A stretch of DNA of 64,000 nucleotides, from contig CP068257.2 of the NCBI GenBank assembly GCA_009914755.4, positions 13,312,001 through 13,376,000 on the forward strand. Reading direction: 5' to 3'. The position numbers were made by a program, and so were the translations under genes. The notes under the pieces were generated by a model. The model did not search any database and was not told where the DNA came from. It saw only the letters and a program-made list of their open reading frames with translations. Every line of letters starts with the position of its first letter. Positions within the stretch are counted from its first letter, which is position 1. This DNA comes from the human T2T-CHM13v2.0 reference genome, Homo sapiens. Positions 51,401 to 64,000 of the stretch are shown here, in pieces.

Positions 51401-54272
51401 CTGTACTCTCAGAAAAGGACCGCCAGCATCAGGGATCAGGTTGAGGCAAGTGGAGGGGAAGGTCACACAAAGGAGAGAAGGAAAGACTTGAGGGGAAGCC
51501 TACTCAATCCTGCAAAATAACACATCAACTTCATTTTGTGAAACTTTTTTAAACGACCAAACCTCTAGAGTTGGGCGAATCACCGTAGAAGAAGTATTAG
51601 AAGGTACACAAATCATAAAGAGGACTTGAAAGCCGGGGTAGGGGGAAAATTGACAGGGCAAAACTAGGAATGACCTTACTGAGTATCCACAAATAAAATG
51701 ACTTCTCCTTGAGTAAGCATCTCTGTCTTACAGCTGCCAAGCCAACGCTGGCAGTAAGTTTCAGCACATTCTAGGTCTAGACATTAATAGAAAAGTGGGT
51801 AATATGATACACCGTGCAGTTATTAAAAAAAAACTTATTAGTCTACAAACACAAAAGCAAGGTTAACATTATTGGAATAAAAATATAGAAGATTCTGTTC
51901 GCAATTAGACAAGTGAATTGCCATAATACAGCAGTCCTCAAAGGGTGGTCCAAGGATGCCAGGGGTGGCCATGACCCATTCAGGAGGCACATGAAGAAAA
52001 GACTACTTTCATACTACTAAATGTTATCTGGCTTTTGGTATCATTCCTTCATAAGTGTACAGTAGAGTTGTCTAGAGGCTATATACATGGAATGCATCCT
52101 TGTGTAACTCTTGTTTTAAATTTTTTCTCAGTTTAAATTTCTAATATGATAAACATCAGTTGATATGAATCTCATAAATAAAAGCTCTCTTGGGTCCTTG
52201 ATAATTTAAGAATATAAAGTTGTCTTGAAAGCAAAAAGTTTGAAAGCTGCTGCTATTAATAGTTGAAAAGTACAATGTTGGTTTTCTTCAAACATAATCT
52301 CTTCTAATTTCAAGAATTTCCACTATAATTATGGCAGATAAATATTGTTCTCTGTGCAGAATGTCCCTAAGACCAAGACGAGGAAAGAAAAGAAAGAACT
52401 TTCTAAAAAGATGAGTAAACTAAGGAGGATATGAAAAATCTCCCATCTCTAGAGTCGTTATTATTCTGAATTTACCATACAAGGAGTAACAAATGTACAA
52501 ATATTTATAAAGAAGCTGCTATGTTGTTAAGAGCTGAAGTTATAAGGATAACTAAGTGATAAACCAGCCCTTAGTGGGCTCACAATCTCATCGGGAAAAA
52601 ACAGATCAACAACATAGTGAGATGCTACTAAAAAGATGGCATGGACAAAGTGGAGAAAGCACTGAAAGACACAATTTTTGGAAGAAGACTGAGTGGTAAG
52701 GCAGGGAACACCATTTTTAGTGAAGGTTCTCTACAGAGGCTGCATGTGAACTGACTCTAGGGACAAACAAGGCTTTCTCAATTAGAAAAGAAGCTTCAGT
52801 ATTCTTCAGAAAGTAGGAGGACCATAAGCCCAGTCCAGGAAGCACAATGGCATAGAGTATGTTCTAGAAACTTTAAGTAATCACCTCCAAGAATAAAAAT
52901 TGCCAGTAATGACAAACTTTTATAGAACATGACAAAATAATTTGATGGCATGTTCTATAAAAGTTATAATTAAATTTAATGATGAAAGATGTGGACTTAG
53001 ATTTTGTAGTCTTGTTAAAAACTTCTGTCATATAGCTTTTTAAAAAGACAATAAAAGTGAGTTACTAAAAAAAATAAAATAGAAACAGACAAACAAATTA
53101 TTGGCCTTTACTGCAGATATTTTGAGAAGCACTAGCTTGGAGGACAGGCTAGAAGATGGCAGGTGGGGAGGAGGTGCAGAGAGGGGCGGCAACAGCAGGA
53201 GACAAAGCTTCAAGCTAGAAGCTTACATAGACTGTACTATGAACATTTTTTTAAATAAATAAATGCAAAAAGGAAGCAAGCGAGGTTTGAAAATTACTCA
53301 TATACCTCTAATCCAGAATGAAGAAATTCTAGTTATCTAAATAAAATGCATAAGCTCTGACGTTAGAATCAGAAAATTTTCAGATATGCAAACCACAGGC
53401 CACATGGTTGAAGGGCAAATGTAGCAGAGAATCAAGGAGACTATCAGGTTCACAACAGTTAATTTCAGTGAAAAAAGACCAGGGTCTGTGTAAGAAGAGA
53501 AAGTGTATTGACAGTTTGATCAACACTTTTAAAATTATTTTGATTCCTTCATTTGAAACCTTTCATGGAAAAGGAAAAAAAAAAAAACCTGAGTTGATAT
53601 GGAGGCTTCGCATATAGCGACTTTATAAAATCTGAGTTGATATGGAGGCTTAGTCTAGTAGGGATCTTCCTCCCCAAACAACGTAAGTTATATCAATTAA
53701 GATACTAAGTAAAAGACTTAAGGAAAAGTCAATTATTTAAAGATACCAAATTAAAAAAATGTTAATTGTATTAATGTTTCCCATAGTAACAGTAAGTTAG
53801 GATTAAGGAAGGTCTATTACTTTTCTATGTTCATTATGCTATTGCAATTGCTACATTATTTTTGATCAGACAAGTAACACAAGTAAGCTGGAGTTTTAGG
53901 AAGATCTGGTGGTTGTAAAAGACTCGAACAAGGATGTCAGTAAACAGGCCTGCCAGCACAAGAGCTCCAGATGAGAAATGATAAGACTCTGAACGAAGAT
54001 GGCTGGCTGTGAGAAAGGGAATTAAGAGTGGATGGAAGCAATGCTGGAAACTAACAATGATTCATTTGAGCCAAGCATACAGATTTTCTTACCAGGGTTA
54101 TCCACAAGGCCAGGAAAACACTAGTGAGAAGGCCAAATTGGTTTACGGCAATTAATTCCAACTAGGACAACTCACCCAGATTATAAATTGATCTTTCTTT
54201 CACCAGCATCACGTTTCTACTAAAAATCTGGTGTGAAAGTTTAAACACATTTTACAAAGAGTTATTTCTTAA

Positions 54273-54674
<402 letters not shown>

Positions 54675-55635
54675 AGTACTGGCCCTTTTTTAAAAAAAAA
54701 TTTATATAGATATTTTATGTCTGACAGGAAAGTTTTAAACTCAAGACATCTATTCTACCATAGTTGTCAAAAATTTAATCAAACTAGAAAAAAGTACAAT
54801 AGAGAACTCGTCCTAGTGGAAAACCATGACATATAACAATAAAAATTCCATTAGAGAAAATTAGTATATTCAAGTGTTTAAGCTAAATTGATTTATGGTC
54901 ATTTAGTTAACACTACCGAAAATATTCTCTGTTTTTGTATCAGCAATTTTATCAAAATTAGCTAATAAATATTATACACTGAGATAAACAGCACAGAAAG
55001 TATATAAAGTCCTATAAAATATAAAAAAGGGTGAATTAATTTTGTTAGTTACTCAATATGATGATTGTATCTCTTTCAAAAGAAGGAGCTAACAAAATAG
55101 CAAGGGAAACATGGCCTAAGACACTGAAAGGCTTTTTAAACACTTCATTCTTTATTTAGTTTGCAATATTCAATTAATTACATCCTTTTTCCTCCCAATC
55201 ATTATCTTTGAGCTTTCAGTCAAAAAAAATTACTATACTTAAAAATATAACATGAGTGTTTTGCAGGGTAAGACAAACTATAGTAAAAACCTCATAAAAC
55301 ATTAGTTTAGAATCCTCAACTTGTCAAATACTCATCTCCTGAGATATACCAGATCCTCCTTTTGGAGACACAGTCCACTGGTTAATGAAAGGCATATTGA
55401 AAAGACATTCTATACTTTGACCCAACATCTCCCAAGCTTATTTGACCATGGACTGTTCATTTAAAAGGAAAACATATTTAACACAACACGTTTTAGAAAA
55501 AACACATTTGACATAATCATCTTTAAAATCTAAAAACGTTTAAAAATATGTGAAAGGAATATAGAAAATCACTATCAGTAATTTGTTTTTATAAATTTTT
55601 AGTTTTCAAAGTTGTTCACTATACATTATAATGTC

Positions 55636-55937
55636 TTTTTTTTTTTTTTTTTTTTTTTTTTGAGACGGAGTCTTTCTCTGTCACCCAGGCTGGAGTGCAG
55701 TGGCACAATCTTGGCTCACTGCAACCCCGACTGCCGACTTAAGTGATTCTCCTGCCTCAGCCTCCCAAATAACTGGGACTACAGGCACGCGCTACCACAC
55801 CTGGCTAATATTTGTATTTTTAGTAGAGACAGGGTTTCACCATACTGGTCAGGCTGGTCTTGAACTCCTGACCTCATGATCTGCCCACCTTGGCCTCCCA
55901 AAGTGCTGGGATTACAGGTGTGAGACACCATGCCTGG
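55636..55937 (-). mobile_element. Alu SINE, minus orientation, with a 26-nt poly-T
   Basis: It runs tttttttttttttttttttttttttttgagacggagtctttctctgtcacccaggctggagtgcagtggcacaatcttggctcactgcaacc...cccaaagtgctgggattacaggtgtgagacaccatgcctggc. Confidence 0.95.
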
Positions 55938-58134
55938 CTGTCTTTTTTTTTAATCTGGAAGAAAAATCTAAATTTGACAATTTTCTAAGAACAACTCATT
56001 GGCTGTGTATATTTACCAGATGGCTACCTATAATTTACTTATCCAACTCCTAGTTGGATCCAGTGAGCATTGCTTATCATTCTGGCTATGTGGTAAAACA
56101 AAGGTGTTGAAAATTAAGAACAACAACAAACCAATTATATCTTGTGGCGGGGCGGTCACAGGAATATGCATGATTATAATGTTAATTTTAATAGAATTAG
56201 AAGTTCAGAAATGGGGTTCAATATCAACTGTTTCATCAAATATAAAAGCAGATTTCAGACTGCCAACCAGTGATTAACACCTAATTATATCTGAATAAAA
56301 AAATTTTAGTATTTACAAATAATTGCGTCATTGATTTTAAATTCCAATTATAAGTAAAATATAAATGAATATACGAAAAGTGACTTGCAACCAAATAATT
56401 ATTAGTAATTTTATGCAGTCTTTTAAAAAATAACATTTTAAAGATTTTCTTGATGAAATTACAAGAAAAGCTAAGCATTTAAGTGGGTGATTAAAATAAC
56501 TTCATTACTAGGTTTTCTGAACATTATCAGAATAGTGAAGAAAAAGCAGTTAGGATTATCCATATGAGGCCTACAGGTAAAGAGCAAATTTGGCTCAAAG
56601 TTGCCATTCCCTTTTTGAAACACTGTGGTCAGGTAAAACATGGTGAATTTCAGCATGCTGTATCTGCTCTCTCTCTTTGACCAGAGTTTTTCAGTTAGCT
56701 AGATGAAACTGAACTATTCACAACGGATTATGAGCACAATAATCAATCATTATGCCTTTACCTAGTTCACTTGGATTTCTCCTTCCCAGAAATAAGCAGC
56801 ATAAGGTCCAAGAGCTTAAGACATGACAAATTCATTTAGGTTGTAGCTATACTAGAAAACAGGAGTGTTAATCCAAGTAGAATTAACCACTTGCTCATCG
56901 TCTTTTTTGTTGCTCTGCCCACCTACTTGTGTTAATTTAATCCAATTACTTTATCATTTCTCAGAAATACTAATAATGCTCTTTCCTTTGTAAGAGGAAT
57001 TTTAATAATTCCAAAAGTAATCACTGGCCTATACTATAATAAACACACAATAATCAAACATGCTTCTATTTTTCCTCAAAACGGTAATTAACTTTTTATC
57101 TGAAATCAGGGATTGCTATTGTAGGATTTGTATTAACTGTCCATTTTCTCTGGTTTTTGATAAATCGAATTAAGTGTTGTCAACAAAAATACTATTTCTT
57201 CTTTCAAGCTTTCCAATTCCTCTCTCCAGAAGTAATCTACACACTGAATTCTCAAGAATATTTTTCTCCATTTCTCTTACAGCATTTAACCTCTTTTACT
57301 GTTTGATTACATTATTTATCTACATTTATTCTTTCCATATAAGTTCCTTAAAGGAAGGATTGTAGCTCTTTCATTTTTTAAACCACATTGCCTGATGAAG
57401 TAACTTGCACAGATGAAGTACATAATACATATTTTGAATTATAAGCTAATTTATAACTGAGAAAGAATTGTCTGAAATATATTAAAGTCATAATGATTAA
57501 GCCTTAAGAACTCAGGAAAAAAATATTCTCACCGTCTGTCTCCAAGCTCTGAGCCTCTGCTTTCTGAGAAAGAAAATTGAGAAGGCTGTTGAAAAGTAGC
57601 TCTGATGTCATCCGGAGTCTTCAGATTCCCTGTCCTCCTTCAGTCAAGTGTGCATCTTAACAAGAGGGAAAAGATAGTTTGGCATCTATTCCAAACCAGA
57701 TTCTGGAATACCTTTTGATCAAGTTCAACTTATCCCATTACCTTTTCTTGTTCAAGTTCAATGCAAAAGTAGTCATTTGACAGAAAAATATCAATTGTTT
57801 ATGAATGCTGGTTCATTAACAGAAAGCAATAGATCTCTGCTTTCTAGGTAATAATCGATAAAAGTAGCTGCTTCAACAAAATAAGCTGTGAAAAAGGTTT
57901 ATAGTTGCTAGGATGTGTTTATTAACCTTTGTTAATTTCAAATTTCTTAGCGTGCTGTGCTAAATTAATTAATTTACATACAAAAAATTATAAATCCTCC
58001 TAAACGTGTATTTCTTAAAAAAAAAAAAAGAATAGCTATAGTTTTCTTATATGGAACTTTTTCAGTTTCAAAATACCAAGTATGTAATCTTTGCAGCAAA
58101 AAAATTGGTAATAAATATCAAATGCCCTATATAT

Positions 58135-58625
58135 CCATGAAAAGATTTACACAACAATGCCCAAAGTAGATTTATTTTTAATAGTCAAAAACTGGAAACA
58201 ACTGAAATGCCCATCAATAGGTGAATGAATCATATGGTATATCCATACAATATAATTTTACTACTCAGTATCAAAACAGAATACACACAACACATACGGA
58301 AAATAAATATGGATGAATCTCAAAATAATTACCCTGAGTGCAAGAAGCCAGACAAAAAGAAACATATTTTGTGTGATTCCATTTGGATAACATTCCAGAA
58401 AACGCAAATTCATCTATTGTGAAAGAAAATAGATCAGTGAGGTTGCCTGGGGATGAAGGATGCCCAAGGGAGGGATTACAAAGAAATATCATCTTAATGG
58501 TGATGATGGTTTCACAGGTGTACACACATGTCAAAACTTGTCAGATTGTTCCTTAAATATGTGCAGTTTATTCATCAATTATACCTCGATAAAACTGTAA
58601 CAAAAATTAAATGCCTTAACATGTT
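58135..58625 (+). mobile_element. ancient L1 (L1M/L1PB-type) 3'-end fragment
   Basis: It runs gaaacaactgaaatgcccatcaataggtgaatgaatcatatggtatatccatacaatataattttactactcagtatcaaaacagaatacacacaacacatacggaaaataaatatggatgaatctcaaaataattaccctgagtgcaagaagccagacaaaaag...gtggttgcc-like gtgaggttgcctggggatgaagg...ttaaatatgtgcagtttattcatcaattatacctcgataaaactg. This matches the 3' end of L1 ORF2 and the L1 3'UTR in the plus orientation. Confidence 0.75.
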
Positions 58626-59790
58626 ATATGTCCGTTGATGCAGCAATTCCATGTCTAAGATTTATCCTAATTAAAAAAATCATGGAGGATAGGTGTAAAT
58701 ATTTAGCCATAAGGATGTTCAAAATACATATTATTATATTTGTGCAGTACATTGTATACAGCCATAAAATGTCAAAATGAAAAAATTAGAAATAGTTAAA
58801 TAAACTACAGTATATTACATCATGGAATATTATGTAGTCATTAAAATATTATACAAGAAAATTAAATTATATGAAATTATATACTATATAAGTGATAAAA
58901 ACAGGAAACAACATTATTTCAGCATAATTGAATTTTTGTTTTAAACAAAAGTAAATGCAGTAATTATTTCTGCATTTAGAGGTAATTGTTATTTTTTCTT
59001 TTTGCTGATTTGCATTTTCTAATTTCTCTACAGTAAATACATACATATTATTTTTCTAACAAACACCACAAATAAAATGATGCAAATAGGAAAAAATCTA
59101 AAATTTTCCACTCCCTAATACAAGTATAAAACTCCTAAGAGGCAGTGCACAATACAGATGTAGTTCTGAGCTATCACACGGCCACCAGCAGCACCCTACT
59201 AAATAGCTGTGGGAAAGAGACAGGTCTGACACATAAATGGGAGCATCATTAAGTGAGTAATGCTTTACCAGTTACAAAATGCTATCATGGACATGACTGT
59301 ATTTGATTTTCACAACTCGGTGAAATGAGCAGAGATTCCATTTCATAGAGGAGCAACAGATACTGAGCAGGGCTGGTTAAGTCATATGCCCCAAATTATA
59401 GATCTTGGACTCAATTAAATCTTGACTATAAATTCAGATAGTAATTCTAAGAAGAGTAGGAAACAATCACTTGCCCTGATTATATATACCTAGAAGGATG
59501 TGATTCACACATCAACTTAACAATAACCATATGTGTAATTACATGAGTACTCCTATTAGAATGTGGTAGGGACCTCGGGAATTTCTGAAGTCTCCAATCC
59601 CCAGTCTCTGAAGTAATACTCAAGGCACGCCCATCTTCCCGTTATCAACATTATCTACCAACTCACTGAAATTCCAGTAGAATTTAACTGTTCAGTTTTC
59701 AATTACCTTTTTTCCTTCTTGAAAAAAGATTATAACCTTTTATTTTAAAGTTGGAACAAGAAAGTACCCATAACTATATTTGAGAATGCT

Positions 59791-60234
<444 letters not shown>

Positions 60235-60421
60235 CTAGTAATCTATAAATTGATTACTGGAACTTTAAAATGTGAACTTGTGGGCTAAATCTTTTTTTGG
60301 TCTGTGTATATAGATAAGAAACCCTACAAACTGGCATATTCTATAAAGAAAACCACCAACTCCTGAGAAGGGTAAAAGGAAATATCTCTAGAGGAACATT
60401 ACTATTATCATTATTATTTTT

Positions 60422-60545
60422 ATTTTTAGAGACGAGGATCTCGCTATGTTGCTCAGGCTGGTCTCAAACTCCTGGGTTCAAATGATCCTCCCGACTCAAC
60501 CTCCCAAGTAGCTGGAACTGCAGGTGTGCACCACGGTGCCCAACT
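60422..60545 (-). mobile_element. Alu left-monomer fragment, minus orientation
   Basis: It runs tttttagagacgaggatctcgctatgttgctcaggctggtctcaaactcctgggttcaaatgatcctcccgactcaacctcccaagtagctggaactgcaggtgtgcaccacggtgcccaac. Confidence 0.9.
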
Positions 60546-60729
60546 TAGAGGAACATTATTAATGAACTGGTCATTATCTGTTGATGACACCATGAGGAAT
60601 CCTTACAGCTACTACTCTTACCAACACTCCTAGAACTAAGAGACTTAACAGGTAATGATAACTATAGTTTAATGAGCAATTACTATGTCTCAAACATAAC
60701 AATAAGCCTTTTACAGATATAATCTTAAA

Positions 60730-60850
60730 AAAACCCTGTAAGGTGATTATTATTATCCCCAGTTTGTAGATGAGGAAACTGGGTTTAAGTTACCCCAAAT
60801 CACAAAGTCAATAAGAGACTGAGGTGGAATTCAAATCCCAGTATTTTGGA
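60730..60850 (-). mobile_element. MIR SINE fragment, minus orientation
   Basis: The sequence ccccagtttgtagatgaggaaactgggtttaagttaccccaaatcacaaagtcaataagagactgaggtggaattcaaatcccag is the reverse complement of the MIR core. Confidence 0.6.
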
Positions 60851-62602
60851 AAAAGACAGGGCCTTGACAGTTCTCTGGAAAATAAATTCTGATTTTTCCC
60901 TACTACTGTTCATCTACAATGGTCTCAATTCAGGTAATGCAAAATACTTGGTACTAGCATATGAACTTAATGAGCCTACATTTTCCATGTAAAAAGTTAA
61001 AAGTATTCCGAGCCCACAATGTGTATTTGATATTTTGTCACATTCTAGAATTGTTTATGTTAATGGTTGGTCTCTACTAAGACACTCTCCTTCTGAGACA
61101 AATATATGACCACACAAAAGATAAATTAAAAGAATATTTAAATAAAACCAACAAAAGATAACACAAAATAAACTACTCTAACATTAATACTTAAAGTTTT
61201 CCTATATTAATAAGTGAGTAAATTAGCCTTCAGTTCAAGTCAGTGAAACTGAATATGCCAGATGTGTTCTGAATCATGACAAAAGAAGCATGTCTAATGA
61301 ATAAGAAAATTTTAAATAACTTCATCATAATTATATTATGAAATATTATACAATCTTTAAAATGGATGTTTTCAAAGATCCATTTATTTAATAATGTGGT
61401 AAAATTATCACAATACAATGCTAAGAAAGCAAGATACTATTCATCTGAGTTGAACAAATTGCTAAACAAATTAGAAGGCTAGACACTATGCTAGGTGTTG
61501 GAATTACAACATGAATAAGACGAACACAGTTCCCATGGGAAAGAGACAGGAAAGAAGCAAACAGAAAATAAAATAATTGAAGATTTCAAACAAAGCAAGA
61601 GGTAGAGAGGAAGCTATTTTACATAAAGTGATAAGGAAAAGCAAAAGCTTCTCTGAGAAAATGACATTTAAGCTGAGAAGGCCCTAGTCATACAAAGAAT
61701 AAAGTGAAGAGAATTTCCAATAAAAGAAATAGTGTATGCAAAGGACGTGCCTGCTTAAGGAACTGAGAGATGACCAAAGTAGGTAGTAATGAGCAAGGAA
61801 AAAAATGGTAACAAATTAGGTCAGAGATGTGAGCATAAAGGATGATCTCAAATTTGTTTTTTAATGTGTTACCCCACACACATATACACACACCATACTG
61901 AAGGGACGGAGAACACAATGATAACAGTGATATTCTAGATGGTAGGAAAAGGAGTTGGGGTTATTTTCCCTTAATATTTCCACATGCTCCAAAATAGGCT
62001 GCATAAACATTACAATGAGAAAAAATATGGCTAGAACTTCCAGTCTAGTGTTGAAAAGAAGTGGTGAGCGCAAACATTCATGCTTTGTCCCCATTTTACG
62101 GAGAAAAAATTCCACCTTCCACTATTAATTATTATACAGCTGTAGTATATAATACAGCTGCTATTCCCTCTTCCCTATGTGTAGTTTGTGAGTTTTGTTT
62201 GCTTTTATCACTGATGTGTTGGATTTTGTCAAATGATTTTTCCTGTATCTATCGAGATAATCATGTGAGTTTTTACTCTTTTATGTGGGTTTTTAGTCTT
62301 TTAGTCTATTAATAATATATTATTATATTTATAATATATATAATTACTATATTAATTGTTTCAGTGTTAAAACAATCTTTCCTTTCTAAGATAATTGCCT
62401 ACAACTAATATCATACTAATGGTGAAAGACTGAATGCTTTCCCCACCTAAGATCTGAAGAAGACAAGGATATCTGATGTCTACTCAGTGCAACAAATATA
62501 AAGATAGATAGACTGAAAAAGAAGTCAAAATTATCCTTATATGCAGGTAACATGATCTTGCTTGCCAATAACTCTAAGGACTCTACAAGAAACCCAAAAT
62601 AA

Positions 62603-62975
<373 letters not shown>

Positions 62976-63069
62976 ATTAAATTTATTCTTAAGCTTTATT
63001 CTTTTTGTTACTCTTGTGGCTGAATGGAATTTATTTTTGGATGGTTTGTTGCCAGTATATAAGAAACGC

Positions 63070-63130
63070 AGCCAGGCACGGTGGCTCACGCCTGCAATTC
63101 CAGCACTTTGGGAAGCAGAGGCAGGAGTAA
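63070..63130 (+). mobile_element. Alu 5' fragment, plus orientation
   Basis: It runs agccaggcacggtggctcacgcctgcaattccagcactttgggaagcagaggcaggag. Confidence 0.85.
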
Positions 63131-63134
63131 AACA

Positions 63135-64000
63135 TGTGCACTCAAAACTACAAAACACTGTTGAGGGAAATTAAAGAAGACTTGTTTATTGGAACAAAGA
63201 TTCAGTTGATTGAAAGATCCAATATTACTAAGACGTCAATTCTCCCTACACTGATCTACCTAAATGCCATCGTAATCTTTTTCTAGAAATTGGTCCTAAA
63301 ATATATATGAAAGTATAAAATACCAAGAATAGTGAAACAACTCTGAAAAAGTATGAAGCTGCAGGACTTAAACTTATCTAATCTCAAAACATACTATAAA
63401 TCTATATGGTAACCAACAGTGTTGGTCCTGCTATAAAGATACACATATAGACAATGGAACAGAATAGAGTCCAGAATAAACTCCCATTCATAGTCATTTG
63501 ATTTTCGACAAATATGCCACTGCAATTAAAATAATAGTCTTTTTAATACATGGTGCGGTACAGTTAGATATCCATATGTGAAAATAAATAATTAAGTGTA
63601 AACCTGTATCTCTCAACATACAAAAATAACTAAAAATGGATTATAGTCTGAATTGTAAAAATTAAAACACAACTTCTAGAAGAAGGAATAGGATAAACTC
63701 TTATGACCTTAAGTTACAGAAATATTCCTTAAATAAGAAAACAAAAGCACAATCCATTTAAAAAAATTAAAAATGGAATGTCATCAAATTGAAAGATAAT
63801 CCACAGAATGGAAGAAAATATATGCAAATCATATAACTGATGAAGATATACTATACAGCATATATTAAAACCCTTTGAAGTCAGCAATAAGATAAACTAA
63901 CCAAATTGTTTTTAATGGACTAAAGATTTAAAGGTACTTCACCAAAGAAGACATGTGAATGTTTGGTAAACACATAAAAAGATGCTCATTGTCATCCACT
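63135..64000 (+). mobile_element. ancient L1 fragment (ORF2 C-terminal region), plus orientation, continuing past the window end
   Basis: It runs aaactacaaaacactgttgagggaaattaaagaagac...ccaatattactaagacgtcaattctccctacactgatctac...cacagaatggaagaaaatatatgcaaatcatataactgatgaag...acacataaaaagatgctcattgtcatcc. This aligns by eye with the L1 consensus (aaactacaaaacactgttgaaagaaattaaagaagacacaaa...cccacagaatgggagaaaatatttgcaaatcatatatctgataagg...aagcacatgaaaagatgctcaacatcact). Confidence 0.8.

Overview
This window is primate, almost certainly human, nuclear DNA, not a prokaryotic or viral locus. It carries about 30 Alu copies, MIR and L1 fragments, pogo/Tigger DNA-transposon relics and microsatellites, and its base composition is AT-rich. 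The one real protein-coding feature is on the minus strand at 7900..11376. It is the complete, intron-less coding region of NRIP1/RIP140 (nuclear receptor-interacting protein 1), 1158 aa, whose gene lies on human chr21q11.2. All nine LxxLL nuclear-receptor boxes, the C-terminal LxxML box and both CtBP-binding motifs (PIDLS, PINLS) can be read in the translation. The ORF-track start at 11382 is a TTG, an artefact of a bacterial start-codon table. The true ATG is at 11376..11374. From memory of the gene structure, 1..~4400 is intergenic DNA downstream of NRIP1 and ~4430..7899 is its roughly 3.5 kb 3'UTR. Positions 11377..~11430 are the few 5'UTR bases of the terminal exon, and ~11430..64000 is the large upstream intron, on the minus strand. 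Every other ORF in the supplied track is a short chance frame, in most cases inside Alu, Tigger1 or L1 sequence or antisense to NRIP1. I found no operon-like gene cluster, CRISPR array, rRNA/tRNA gene or defence system. The observations worth a second look are modest. They are a very young AluY with its target-site duplication, and an AluY whose poly-A tail has grown into a ~160 bp GAAA/GGAA microsatellite inside its duplication. There is a nearly full-length Tigger1 with decayed transposase frames, and a GATA short tandem repeat. Several CpG-retaining intronic segments carry nuclear-receptor half-site arrangements (DR3-like), CCAAT plus GC-box, and AP-1 motifs; these are candidate regulatory elements, by inference only. 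The NRIP1 3'UTR contains GU-rich and (TA)n elements. I could not run any search or alignment, so repeat-family names and the UTR end are from memory and pattern recognition.
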